Source: Laetmonice hystrix (Eukaryota). From it: a DNA stretch of 64,000 nt. Positions 48,543 to 63,300 of the stretch are shown piece after piece. The stretch lies in contig OZ249436.1 of the NCBI GenBank assembly GCA_965235115.1, positions 9,054,001 through 9,118,000 of the forward strand. Reading direction: 5' to 3'. Numbering within the stretch: the stretch's first letter is position 1; every line of letters starts with the position of its first letter. The translations under genes were made by a program, and so were the position numbers. The notes under the pieces are model-generated. The model did no database searches, was not told the DNA's origin, and worked only from the letters and a program-made list of their open reading frames with translations.

Positions 48543-50169
48543 CACAATGTGGATTGATAGGAAGCAGGTATTTAAAGATACCTGTTTGGCTCCACAACAC
48601 CTCCAGTAAGAAATAGGATCCTTTTCGCAGTGCATGTACAAAGGTGATGCCAGTTTATTTTGAAAGAGAAGTGGACCATGCTGAATTTTATGTGCCGAGG
48701 GAGAAAGCTGAATTCAGAATAGGATGAAAATTCATCAATGCTGATGACCTGAGATATTCATGGACACTGTGCACGAGTACGTACAAATGGACACTCCGTC
48801 ATAAAGAATGGATGTCATTTCTCAGACCCAGTTCGAGATTCTTTGAGTAGATGGCTCCGTATCTTTTAACGTTGTTAAGTGCCAAGACTGATGTGAAAAC
48901 AAGTACTACAAGCTTCATGCTGATGGTGAACTAAAAACTGTTCATGTGTTAAAAGTGATCTAATTACAGAAGGTGCCTAATTATGTAATTTACTCATGAA
49001 TCTCCTATTTGTACCAATGTGAAAGGATGCATATCAAAAGGCTAAATCTTCGCTGAATGATGCTGTTATGCTATAGCAATGGTGATATGAATGTTTGCGA
49101 CAATTCCATCCAATTAGAACTAACTACTAGTGGTAGGTGTAGTGTCAGATTTTAGTATGTCGTGTCGGGCTAGATTAGAATCATTGCTGGCAGTGACTCA
49201 TATATTAGGTAAAGACTAATCGCCCAGACTTATTCTGTTAATCATTGGCGATGACAAGTGCATTAATTAGCAATATTGCAGGAAATATATGCATTCCCCT
49301 GTTTGGTGCTTTCCAGTAAGAGCTTTCCAGTAAGAAATATTTTATGCAACTGCAGTATACTGTATTGTGAGAGGTATGCTGGCCTGGAAGAGTTATTTCG
49401 TCACATTGTGAACAATGCAGACGTGAAGAAGGAAAGCAAACATGTGTTTGTTTAGGTGTTAGTTGCACTCTTTTGAAGTTTAGATCAAGTTTTTTTCTTC
49501 ATGGGTTATAAGACAGAAGAGAGTAAGAATGAAAGAGACAGGGAGAGAGAGAGAGAAAGAATTAATGACATTTAACATGATAATAAATAAGGGAGAATTC
49601 AGGGAATTTGTTGCCAGTGGCAGTGTTGATATTTTAAAAGGGAGATAAAAGGGAATTCGCTGGACTCGTTCGACTATTCTGTTCAAGTAATTATTGTAGT
49701 TTGATAGGTATTGGATACTCACAGAAGGTAAATTTACTTTCTTGTCTCTGAAGTTAGCGTACCACCAGTTTGATTAGTTGTGGAAGAAGATGCGATAGGA
49801 AAGATTTGTTGTAAAATGATTAAGTGATGATGTGGACTTTCATAAAGAGTTTTGTCACTTTTCATTAATGAAAGACTTCCTGCGTTTAAATCATTATCCA
49901 AGACAGCTGAGGAACATAGTGTATAAGTTGCATACGTGTATATGACATGTAGGTGTATTGGAATCATTATTTCAATGGTTAAAGTGTTACCCGAGTTTCT
50001 TATAACTGCTTTGAAACCTTATGCACTATCGTTGCATGGTTGCCTCTAATAAGTTTAACACAGTGGGAGAAGCAGGACAACCAGCACTATATCATTGGCC
50101 ATGCCACATCAAGCTTTTCTGCCACGGCAGTCGGATATCCTAGATTACATCAAGTGATTATCATATATA

Positions 50170-50175
50170 AATAAA
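50170..50175 (+). terminator. Candidate RNF216 polyadenylation signal
   Basis: AATAAA about 1.6 kb after the stop codon, followed by T/GT-rich sequence. Confidence 0.4.
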
Positions 50176-51349
50176 AAAATCAAATTAAAAAGTTGTTATT
50201 TTTCTATTTCTTTTTATAAATTTGTTACGCTTACCTTTCCTTTTTAAACGACTGACCGTTAAAATCTGATAATTAAAAGTTTAAAAGCGAGAAAGGTCAT
50301 AAAAGATTGTGTGAAAGACGAAAAATTAAACAATGCATGATTAAAGAGGCGCATGAGGTCGTGTCAAAGTGTAGGTCTCTAAAACTGAAACGCTTGTAGT
50401 TTTGGCATGGATTATGGATACGGTACCAGTATTATACTTAAATACCTCTGAAATTGGCGTTGATGGTCACTATTTTGACAATTACCCATTTCAAAACTCT
50501 CTTCCCCCCCCCCCGTATTCAGTTGCCCTCCCCCTTTATCTTTACCACCATACAGTGAACAGTACAGTTGATGTTTTATACCATCCTGTAATTAAGCAAT
50601 TTTTGATATTCCGACATAATCCTGGGTAGCTGCATAAGATTGAAATTATTATAAAATTATTGACATCGAGGCCTACTTTTTATTTCATTTGCAACAGCAA
50701 GTGGTTACTTTATCGTCTGATTGATAATTAAATTTGTTATATTATGGGTATGTTACCCCAAACTCTTAGCCACGGGCACTGCTCGCTGCCGCCCCACGGG
50801 CACTGCTCCCTGCCGACGACCGCGCTCCAAGCGGTAAATGTCGGCAGGTCTTTCCATAGGTTGTTCTTCCTTGCGACACCGGATCCACTTGTGTGTGCAA
50901 GGATCGTTTCCTGTATCGACGAGAAAGCTCAAACTCCAGAAAGTTGTGTGCTAAATTTACCCTGAAATGGGGTTTCATGTTCGCTACAAGGATAACAGAT
51001 ACTAACGACCCGAAGAAGGATGGTAACTGCGATGGAGTTAACCTGAGAGCCGATTTATTTTGAAGTGATACAGTTGATTTGGAGAGCTACACGAGTGACG
51101 TTTATGTGCGAGTGAGTGAGGGGGTGGGGACCGACCGACACCGTCCCGTGGCTGGCATACAGTGGAGAACCCGCCGAGGCGGCAAAACGTCACAGACGTT
51201 GTGGCTTTCCTGACTCACACTCGGAGATTAATCCCGTGGCGCATTGACTAAAATCAAGTGTAAATCGACGACGGACTGTACATCTCCGATGTATAGTTTG
51301 AGAAATTGTGTACAATTAGAGTTTGACGTATTAATCTCCAGCAGGCAGT

Positions 51350-54300
51350 ATGTGGAAGACCGGTTGGTATCGAGGCAGTTTGGCTGCTGCAGTCATCTGC
51401 AGCACTCTTTTGTGGCTGGCTGTCATATGTGGGATAGATGCGAAAGCAGTTGACCATGGTAAGTGTACATGTTTTAATTTAAAGATGGTAGGCTATCAAA
51501 ACAGATCATTGGTTTTTCTACTATCGCAGACGCAGTGAACAAATTCCACTTGACCTGTTTCCACCCAATATCACTATGTCCCTTAATGATGTGGATCCTT
51601 ATCTTGGTACATTAGCTTATGCGATAGTCGCTGTCTCCGAGCAGGGCCTATAGAGACTCATTTGTCTGAGCTGAATAAGATAACTCGGGATGGCGAAAAA
51701 CAAATCTCGTCAAAATATAAGTATGATTCTGAACCACGGTGGTGACACTGGGCAAAGTAAAAGATTCTATTTGCTACCGGTATTTCTCTTCTGTCAAATG
51801 CAGGTTGTTTATGCAGCTAGATCAGGGCTCGAAAAAAGATCTACCAGTTTTACTTGCCTGAACTTGCCCTTCGGGCTAGCCTCTAACATAGGCCGTACGT
51901 GTGTACGGCCTATCTTCTAGCGAACGGGCTACGAGACCAAACGTTCTAGCGCAGAATGAATGTGCTTCCGCACCTCTTCCAACACTTCAAATAAAAGATT
52001 GCCTTTACCTTCAGCTACTGAGCCCAATGAACTTATTTGGTGTTCCTCTAAGCAACAGATTCGGCCCATTTTCCAAACCAAGCGACCACTTTCCATAGTC
52101 TTACAACCGGCGCCATTTCTGTAAACCCACATCCGGGGTCAAGCTCACGAAGGGAGCAGTCATATCACACGTTGGCTATTTAGTTTGGCGCCATAATGGA
52201 GGAATTGCTGTTTGGTCTAGAATAATGAATGCTCCCCTGCTGGTCGCCAGTGTGCATGTTTTGAACATGCGCAGTAGAACAAACAGTATGGCAGCTAACG
52301 GCAGTGAACCAGCGCGATTCGAAATTTCGAAAGTCTGATTTATTAAAACTTTAGGCAAAAATCCTCGGAAAAGTGTGCAGCAGAGGAACAGAAGATGGGC
52401 TGCGTTAGAATTGACACCTCAACTGGCAGTAGTTACGATGGATTTTGCACAGCGAGTGATTGACATAGGAGGTAGGGTTTTGCGCGTTAACGCTGTCCGT
52501 CCCTACACTGGGGACGATACTCCGTCTACCTTCGGGCAAGTAGTAACCAAGACATACTACACAAACCTTAAATTTCACTTGCCCAGAGACATATTCTAGT
52601 CGTCTCGGACGACCGGACCTAGGTTTTTTCGAGCTCTGCAGATATAAATATTTCTGAGCTTCCAACAGCTCAAGCATCTTTCCACGAATCAGGACTTTAA
52701 GTTAAAGATTTCAAAATTGAAATTAGCATGTTATTACACAGTGAATCATAAGTAATTGGAGAGGTATGTAGGCCTTGTACTATTTCTAGTGCTGGTTGGT
52801 TAAACTTTTGAAGTGAAATTTTGTAGCCTGTATCAGTTGCTTACACAGTATGGGTTTTACCTAGCCTAGTTCAGCCATGCCACGTGAGGGTGAAGTTTAT
52901 GGCTACCAGGGGAGATTTGCAAGATTGACCAGAGTTGGGAATCTAAGCATCAATGCCAAGATGAAGAAATTGTGATATAGTAGTACCGTAATGTGAAACG
53001 AACATCACTCGCTATGTCTGAGCATAGATGGTGTTCTCACTCAGTATCACACTTGTTAAATGTTGCCAGTTTATGGGTCCCAGAAATCTGGAGGGGCTGT
53101 ATAAAACCATTACAATAATCAATATATTTTTCAGTGTCAGAAGACTTGTCCTTGGATGGCGCAGGGTATCAGTGGACAGCTGTGGTTGCTGTGGCTGGCA
53201 TTCTTTGTGGAATCGTTTTGCTCATTGGGTGTGCTGGTTTTTGTGATGGAGAGACAGCTTTTAAGGTGAGTAAAACGTGACAGATTTTGCTGTTGATTAA
53301 TATGATTTATATTTGTACCTTGGTTATCCTAGGACCTCTAAATGATGAATTTGCTGTGTGACAAGGAGGTGAGGGCCTGCTTCTCAAAGGTGCCCATAAA
53401 GTCTAAAGATTGTTATTCAGGGTAGAGCTAGAGGCATTATTTTAGTCACCTAAGCAGAACCTTGTTTGGAATTACAGAGACTAATCTTAAAAACCTAACC
53501 TTAAGCTTAACCCTTCAATTGGCTGGTTGCAGTAGACCAGCTAATCAGAAGTGTCAAATTCCAGCTTTGAAAAGCAAGCTTAAGTTTTTAAGAACTGGAC
53601 CCAGTTTCTATTTCATAGTCATAATTCATCCTAAAACAAAAACATGTCTCAGGGCTTCAAATTGACGGGTGGAGTGAAGCTATTGAATCAAAAGCACTAA
53701 GAGTTATTGGAAGCTTAAAATTTGGTACTCTCTATGAAGAACCGTGCCCTGGGCTGAGAAGGTCAGGGCACTCTCTCACTGGGTAACTTGGAGATAGTCT
53801 TACTATAAACCTGATGCCCCCTCCCCATGTAAAACTTTTGTTATACAAGTTTTACTACACCTATATGTATTGGATTAGACAGCAACCTATCACCTATGTA
53901 CCAGTATGTTATCAGTTGTTCTGAAGACATACTTTGCACTATTTTTCTTAGTCGGTTGATGCATCTCTAGTCTGTGGTATTAGTGACTGTGAAGGTGGGT
54001 TGATGCATCTCTATGGTATTGGTGACTGTGAAGGTGGGTGAGGCAGCAGTAGGCTCGGTTACCATAGTGTCCGGCTGTGTTTGTTGGAGCCCTGCCAAAT
54101 GTTGCTCAGGAAGACCCATGAACGAGGAGTAGGAGCCGAGAAATAGGATAGCTCTGCCATAGGATAATGAAGAACAACTACGCTTGGCCATATGGGCCCT
54201 GCTGAGAAACACCTTGGCCCATTTTACTTGGAAGTGAAGAGTGGGCTGAGTGACCCATGATACCTTGAGATATTAGAAGCAGTTGGGCTGTTATTGCCGC

Positions 54301-57300
54301 AGATACCTGAGGTTGGACCCACGCAGGCTGAATCAAAGGCCTTGCGGAGGCTGAACCCAGTGCTAACTGGGTAGTGTGCCAGTTGGATACCCGTCAAGGC
54401 ACCTGGCAGCATATCAAGCATAAAGTTTCTCTGGCCCAAGTAGCTCTGGCAACAACTAATATTGGATGCAGTTAATGTGATCGGTCACTTGTTGACTTTT
54501 CTACCACACAAAATAAGTGGTGGAGTATTTATATTTTATCACACATCCCATTTAATAGAAGGATACTTGGTGATTGATCTTTGCTGAAAAAAACAAAAGG
54601 CTTCCTTTGGTTTTTAAAATTAGTAAATTGCATAAATATTGCTAGGCATACTAATAAAGTATGCCAGACATTATTTCCAAATACCAAGAAGATGTGATCC
54701 ATCCACAATATTTGTACATTTATACCACCTGTAGCTCATACGTTATCATTGTTTGTCAGTTGAAATCTTGAACTTCAAATAATTTTATTGCAAAATTAGA
54801 CACGCCTGAGTTGTCTTCACATGACTCATTTTAGCATTATTTTTTAAGCAGTACTTCCATAAAAAGTAAGCTATAAAAATGTTTGAAGTGTTATCATGTC
54901 CAGGGAGAAGTATTGCATGTAAGTACTTCCTAGAATTAGGTCTCCTTGACTAATCCCTAAGTGGGGAGCGTATCTAGGGGAGGATTGGCACTACCAGGTC
55001 AAGCACAAGAAAGGGGATTGATATGTCCAGACAGCTGACTTAGAGCGATAGGTAGAACCATTCTGAAAGAGTTGGTATGGTTCCAATACAAGCCTACACT
55101 GGTGATTTACTGTTGTGTATATTTCAGATTAAGGGCAATTAGAACATTGTCTCTGCTCAGTCTGCTGGCGAGTCAGTGTAAATTTATCTCTATTTATAGC
55201 AGTATCATAAATGAATACATTGGTACTGGTATATATTTGGGAAACGCCCAGTATTGTCTCAGATCTTTCATTTAATGATGTTAATCTACTCTTCAGTACT
55301 CCGTTATTGAATGTTGAATGCACTGATTGAGTGTTGAAGTAGTTTACTGCTAATCCAAGCCCAATGTATTCAATTTAGTGAATTAGTGCTGAAGACTATT
55401 AATTACAGTTGCCCACTGCCCATATTCTCGTAAAATAGTTCTATTGTATTGGTCTAATGATCACAAACACTGCCAGATTTCCATGGTGTCTACATTACAA
55501 ATGTGCCAGAGAATGGCAAACAAAATGGCTGTATTCAATGGTCTAGATAACATCTGCTGGAAATATAAGAATATCACAGTATATGTCTAATAGAGTTATT
55601 AGACACAAACTAATAAATGCGGTGGCCAAAGCTAGAAGAGAGCCTGCCGAGGTTTAAATGATATGGACAACAGTATAGGTTGGTTGATGTTGGCCAGCTG
55701 GTCATGCTGGTGGATGCTTACAGGAGATGGTTTGTGATGGAGTCAGCCCAGGTGTATCTACCTGTCACACAGCATGGCAACGACAGGTCACAGTCAGGTA
55801 GAACGACCAGGCAGCACGTGATGCTGCAGCGATCGCCTGCTGTCATTGTCAATGGTCATCATGCTTGTTTGGGTCCCTTAACTCTGGGAAAGGCAAAACC
55901 ATAGACTCTAAAAAAACAGTTGTCTCAAAATGGCTGTTTTTTTTATGATTTCATATTTATAAATTGACAAAAAAAAATTGATACAATGAACCTAGTCTTT
56001 GGATTTCCAGGTAACAAAAAGACCTCGTGCAATAAAGTAACATGGTTTAAAGTTACATACTTGGATGAAAGGTTGTGGTACTGATCAACTCAACTTCAAA
56101 TATTACTTTGATGTTTGGTCGTCTCTTTATTATGGGAGTTGGTTTTTCCACCAGTGATTTGGAGCGGTGCTCTATGATTGAGGTCAGTGGGTTCTGGGTC
56201 ATGGCACCAGCTGGGAACAGTCAGGAGCGCCAGAACTGTCACGCAGTGACGTCACGCCATTGACAGCCGAGAATGAGCCACCCAGAGTTTTTACATACAA
56301 TGTATGTAATTGAGTCCACCGATACCACTTGATGATAATAGTCTCAAAGTGGGCAGTTGCAATGGGATGTGTTGTGACGCAGAAATGATAGGATGAATCA
56401 TGTGAGATATCTTATCTTGGCTTACCCTTTACAAGTGGAATTCCTTATTGCCAATATTGACTTTTCAAATGAATAGGGGATGGTTTAGTTTAGAATAATC
56501 CCAGTCTAAAGGTTTACAGATCAGTGTATCAGGCACGGATCCAGGGTTTCGTCCAGGGTGCACCCCCAAGAAAGCGACGAAGGCCCACCTCAGTAGTTGG
56601 TGACTGGGTCCTCCCCAGGAAAATTTGGTAAAAAATAAGTGTTATATTGTGGATATCTTGGGAAGTGAGACAATAAATTGGTATCTTGCTTAATTGAAAA
56701 AGATCACTTCTCGAACAAAGGGGGGGGGGGGGGGGGGCGGCGCCCCTGCACACCCCCTTGGATCCGCACAGGCCTGTGTATGGAGTTTACAAATTTGATA
56801 AATGCTTAGGGTCTCTTTTTCATGAAAATATGCTCACAAGATGAATAGATTTATGTCACTATTAACATTCTTGTTTTTTGCCTACGAGAGATTCAAGTGT
56901 AATGTGATGGAGGATTTCCCATAGATTGGATAGCTTTTACCTTTTTTGGTACTATATATTTACGAGGAGATAGCACGTTTTAGTACCACCTAAGTTTATC
57001 AACTTGAATCTTTAAAAAACTTGTCTCATAAACAGATGTATCTACATAGAAGGTATAAAACGTCTATGATGGGCCAAACATCTTTGCAGTTGAATGGTAG
57101 TTTTGTGATGGCTCTAATGAAGTTTCATTTCTAATGGCATTTGTCTATTTTACTCATGCAAAGTGTGATATATCATTGTCCATGGTAGGCCGAGCCCATT
57201 GTCATGGTGTCTTTATCAGAGTATGCTGGTCCTCCCTGTATTGACAAAAATGCTAATCTGGAATCCGTGGCGAAATGCTCGAGGAGTATTGATTTTATAA

Positions 57301-60300
57301 TAAGATATCCATGATAAATATGTCGGTTAATCAGGTGATGGGATGGTGGAGCGGGAGGATGCACAAGATCAGAGTAACCAGTGGCCTGCTTAGATATTGC
57401 TACTCTACATTGGTCTATCTCTAAGTGGAAGGTGGCAAACTTTACTTATGATAAATTTGTGATACCCCGGTAGTAACTAAGTAAGATGCTTGACAGTGAG
57501 ATTTTAACAGTTTTCTTTTAGGAAAATTTTAATGTCATTTCTCGTCGTCGGATATAAATCATTGAGGTCAGTGGATTAATCAATCTTTTGATTTATTTTA
57601 ATAGATTATGAACTTCTTTTGGAGTTGTCCAGCCTGAAGCGGTGACAATATATCACTTTCATAACTGTAACCAGATTTTCTGACGTACACAAACACAAAC
57701 CAGACCCTATCAAGGCCACAGCTGTCAGCATAATGACAAGTTGCACAATGTACAGTTGTACAAATTATGAATCCACGTTAGAAATCCATCAACTGCAGCG
57801 TTGTTGACCGATTGGCCCTGTGGAGAGGTCATGAAGGTGGCACGGGTCAGCAATGGACAGTGAAGTCAGGACATGGTCTGTCAGACTACTGAAGGCCCCT
57901 GAATGGTCTGGCGTCATATGTTAGTGAATAATGACATCCCCCATGGGATCGAGACGTACTCTGTTTGGTTATACAGTTCTAAAATAAAATGAGATTTTTA
58001 GATCTAGATAGTCTTTTCTTTATTGAAGTACAGTCTCGATAACCACCCCCCCCCCCCCCCCCCCCAATCGCTTGAGATGGGTGGTTCGGTTATTAAAGTC
58101 ATCGCAGGCAGTCGTAGGTTTGTTGAAACAGTGCCGTTAGTCATACCACATACTGTACCGGTGATGGTATGGCATGACTTATGATTGTGGACTGTGGATG
58201 CCTTGCAGGCATAGCGTTACTTAGCGTGATTGGTGAAGCGAGGAGGCGAACCACTGACAATATTTAGATCCCGCCGGGTGTGATTTAGTTGATAGTACAC
58301 AGAAACCGCAACAGTACTGGCAGTTAGGTTTGCAAACCTTTGGCCATGTATCCACCTTTGGGAAAATAACAACAGACTCTTTTTTTCAAATGTCCAGTCA
58401 GTCCAAAACAGTATTCAGTAACAACATGATAACCGTGATTGCAGCGACCTTGAGGAAAAAAGCTTGAATGGAGTTTTCACTTTGTGTTCGGCATTTGCAG
58501 AGGCGGATTTAGGGAAGGGAAGGGGCCCACGCCCCCCAAAAATTTGGACAAGTAAAGTATAACTTAGGCCTAAATGAACCCAGCCACCCCTTTCTAGCAG
58601 TAAAGTAAGGTCTAACAGTAAACCTGGAGATTTATGAACATTGAAATTTGTATAAAACATTATTTAGTTATCTGCAGTTCAGGACCAGCCACCCCTTTCT
58701 GACTTTGTCCCAGTGGGGCCCCCCTAAGTGAAAATCCTGGATCCGCCCCTGATTTGGATATTGTGTCAGTGGTAAAATATCTTCTGTGAAATATTGAACT
58801 TAGATTATAAGAGGTCATGTTTGCCACTGCTCGTCATTTGAGATTTGCTCAGCCCTCTAGCAGACAGTCTTGCTGGCTGGTGTGTAAATAGCCGATCTGT
58901 GTACTAAAGCCTTCTGCTGAAATGGCCTTCCTAGTCTGAGTGAGTGTGTTTTTTAGCCCCCACAACGGGGGGCTTATAATTCGACCTCCGTCCGTCCGTC
59001 CGTACGGCCGTCCGTCCGTCCGTCCGTATGTCCGTAGACAGCGATTTCTCAGAAGTGTATGGGTCGATTTCTTTGAAACTTCACACAAGGATCAGGGATG
59101 AACTGAGGATGATGCACGTCAAACAGATTTTTGATATCATTCAAAATGGCCGCTTGGCGGCCATTTTGGATGAAAACACATTTTGAGCAATAACTCAGCC
59201 AAAACAATCACGATTTCTTTCAAACATGGTGCAGGGATGAGGCATAATGAGGGCCAATATGCATCACAATAAAATTTCAATTCAGATCCAAAATGGCGAG
59301 ATGGCGGCCATATTTGTTTCTTGACCCCCACAATGACACTGTTTTGGCTTATATCTCGAAAACGGTGCAAGATGACGCAATAGTTACTATTATTGATAGA
59401 TAGGAAGTCATATATGACGTTTCATTTGGCGCCATTTTCGATGACCTTGAGCGACCTTGAAAGGTCAATCAAGGTCATGCATATTTTCAATAGCCTGGAT
59501 CTTCAAAACAGTTAAAGATAACGACATAATCTTGCAAGAAACATTACATAATGATCCGGGACAGTCCACGGATGAGGCAGGTCAAAGATATTTTTGACAT
59601 CAGTCAAAATGGCCGCGTTGTGGCCATCTTGGATGTAAACACATTTGGAGCAATAACTCACACAAAACGATCCCGATTTCTTTCAAATTTGGCGGACAGA
59701 AGGTGTATATGAGGGGCAATGTATATGCCAATGTATTGCCAGTTTAGAGCAAATATGGCGACATGGCGGCCATATTAATATTTTACCCCCCCCATAACAC
59801 TGTTTTGGCTCATATCTCGAAAACGGTGCAAGATAAGGCAATAGTTATTATTATTGACAGATAGGAAGTCATATATGACGTTTCATTTGACGCCATTTTC
59901 GATGACCTTGAGCGACCTTAAAAGGTCAATCAAGGTCATGCATATTTGCAATAGCCTGGATCTTCAAAACAGTTAAAGATAAAGACATAATCTTGCATGA
60001 AACATTACATCATGATCCGGGACAGTCCACGGATGAGGCAGGTCAAAATGGCCGCGTGGTGGCCATCTTGGATGTAAACACATTTGGAGCAATAACTCGG
60101 ACAAAACGATCCCGATTTCTTTCAAATTTGGTGGAAAGAAGGTGTATATGAGGGGCAATGTATATGCCAATGTATTGCCAGATCAGAGCAAATGTGGCGA
60201 CATGGCGGCCATATTAATATTTTACTCCCCCCCCATAACACTGTTTTGGCTCATATCTCGAAAACGGGCAAGATAAGGCAACAGTTATTATTATTGATAG

Positions 60301-63300
60301 ATAGGAAGTCATATATGAAGTTTCATTTGGCGTCATTTTCCATGACCTTGAGCGACCTTGAAAGGTCAATCAAGGTCATGCATATTTTAATGGCCTGTAC
60401 CTCCAAACCAGTTGAAAATAACAACATCTAATCTTGCATGAAACATTACATAATAACCAGGGACAGTCTAAGGAGGACACAGGCCACATATATGGCTTGG
60501 TGGCCATCTTGGATTTAAAGAAGTTCGAAGCAATAACTCTGCCATTTTCTGGATTTCGTTCTTGCTGACAGAATGCATGAGGGGCAACAAGCGTACGAAA
60601 AGTACGTATAGTCCCCGGACCCACAGATAATTTGTCCCTACTCAGTTGGTTCACGCCAGACAACGCTATCAAACTGTACATAACTGACCTCTAAAGGTCA
60701 ATCGAAGTCAAGCATATCTACAAAACACTTCATGTCGGATAACACTATCAAACTGTACATAACTGTATAGTTATTGCAGAGACATGCATCTTTACGCCGG
60801 ATAACGCCATCAAGCTGTACAACTGCATAGAACTTTACTAAGTTTACAAAGTTTCATTTGACAATATTTCCTTTGCCCTTCAAAGATCAATTGAAGTCGT
60901 GCATCGTTTTTTCAAGAATCCATAGTTCGTGGTGGGGGCTATAAGCTTCACAAGCTTGTTGTTAACTGGTAGTAGTGATCCCACTGGGCATAGCCAGGAG
61001 GGAGACGGAAAGGGGGGGGCGGGGCAACCTTTACATGGTGGGAAGGTCTCATAAGTGGAGATATTGCTGTCCCCAGTGGGCAGGTGTGAAGACCCACTTA
61101 CTCAAGTTACTGGGTGGGCAGGTGTCGTGTGTGACAGGGGCAGGTCCAGGATTTTGGTAAGGTGGGAGGAGGGGTGTTTAAGGGGCAGATTTTGCTTGGG
61201 AGGGATCAGCATGGTCAATTCAGAAAATTCTCTGGAGAAAAAAGAAAAATTGCTGCCAAGTATGGGGGTTAAACCCCCTAACCCCCCCCCCCCCCCCCCC
61301 CCGCCATTCGCCACTGTAAGAATAACAGAAGACCCACTTGTCCTGGTTGGGCAGGTGTCACCTGTGAAAACCCAGTTGTCCTGGGTGGGCAGGTGTCGCA
61401 TGTCAGGGTTGAACTTACTGAAGACCCACCTGTCTAGGGTGGGTACGAGTCGGGTGTAATGACCCACTGCTGTGTTGGGTGGGCAGGTGTCGGGGTTGAA
61501 CTTACTGAAGACCCACCTGTCTGGGGTGGGTACGAGTCGGGTGTAATGACCCACTGCTGTGTAGGGTGGGTCGTCAGGCGTTACTACCCACTTGTCCTTG
61601 GTGGGCAGGTGTCTGGGTTGAACTTACTGAAGACCCACCTGTCTGGGGTGGGTACGAGTCGGGTGTAATGACCCACTGTTGTGTTGGGTGGGCAGGTGTC
61701 GGGGTTGAACTTACTGAAGACCCACCTGTCTGGGGTGGGTACGAGTCGGGTGTAATGACCCACTGCTGTGTAGGGTGGGTCGTCAGGCGTTACTACCCAC
61801 TTGTCCCTGGTGGGCAGGTGTCTGGGTTGAACTTACTGAAGACCCACCTGTCTAGGGTGGGTAGGTGTCAGGTTTGACTACCAAGGTGGGCCCAGGTGTC
61901 AGGCGTGAAGACCATGCGTCCACAGGCACACCTATTCCAGGCATGGATGTTGTTGGTTGCCACTAAGCCCAGATGATTAAGATGACTAAATATTGATTCA
62001 GTGACCATGACTAAGTGTGGGATTAAGTGATTGGATGATATGTGGTTTTAGTGCCCAGAGACCTCTGCCTGTGATGATCTGAAGATTAACAACATTATAA
62101 GTAGGTGACGGGCAGAAACTGATCGGTTAGATAAGGTAGATCTTAGCTAGAACGATATATAAAAGACATACGCCCTCATAGCAATGACGTAAACTGGGAG
62201 GTAACATAGAAATGACCTGATTTTCTAAAGGTGTTTCAAGTAGAAGATCTGGAGAATAATATAAGAAATGCATAGATCTACAATATCAGAAAATTATGCG
62301 AAAATTAAGGGGATTCAGTGTTAATAAAGTGAATGCTAAAACAACTCAGATGTTTCTAAGTAATTTAGTAAATGGAAAAAGGAAGGTTTATGTTTGAATG
62401 GCATTGTAATGTTTCAGGTGTGGAGAGGAGTATGCCCTTGGTGGGCATATAAACAGATTCACCATATGGTACACCTTCTCACTGCTGATACGTCTATTAA
62501 CCACACCTAGATGTGGAACTGCTTACAATTTCTTTCACTAACACAAGTGGCATTGTTATGCGTGTTAAGGCTCTTTCTGTGGAGAAAGAGGATAAGGCTG
62601 TTGACCTAACAAGGCATGTTGTTTTCTTTCATACTTCCTATGGTTTAACGGGAAAACCATACCGTTAAGGCCTTTAGAGGGTTAATAGTTTGTACTTTGA
62701 GAATACTTTTAGTGTCATGCAGGCAGAGCTAAGATTTATCTCTCTTGCTATGAAATATGACTTTAGGAGTAGAGCGAGAGTTTTGGTAATAAAGATTTAA
62801 GTGAACTTTGAGACCTTCTTTTACACAGATTGCATGCTTAGTGAAAGTTGTATAATATTAGCACTAAAGTAAAGCTTGAGATATCATGTAGGAGACCCTT
62901 GAAATATTTAACAATAAAGTCTTTAATACTGTCATACAGAACTAAATGATTCGTCTTTCCAAATGCCAAATCAGGTATTCAATCTCAGGACGAAATATAA
63001 AGCTTTTTATTTATAAGTCAATAATTAAAACAGCAGTCCCACTTTTTAAAGTACAATGTACCGAGTAGTAGTTATATCCACCCAGTCTGAGTCTGTCAGG
63101 TGGATATGGTTATTGACGCCACATACGGTCTCAGACACCAGGACAAATACCAAACCCCAGTGTTTTAATGTAATACAATTCCATCAGAATTTTGTTTTAA
63201 AAAAATGGGGGAAAATAAAGCAGGATTTGCGGTGATGGTTCTTAAAAAAACTGCACAGTGTAGCGTAGCCGCCAGACACGCAGTTCTATATCTGGATTTC

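Noticed and set aside
48041..48641. Several overlapping ORFs, including a Cys/Trp-rich CWCRRP repeat protein
   Set aside because: Alternative frames of the 18-bp coding minisatellite in RNF216.
54224..54439. RT-like words LRKAFDS and GSLSPLF
   Set aside because: The spacing is far shorter than in non-LTR reverse transcriptases and no YADD motif follows.
61055..61877. ORFs of 69-150 aa in the minisatellite
   Set aside because: Repeat-derived frames.
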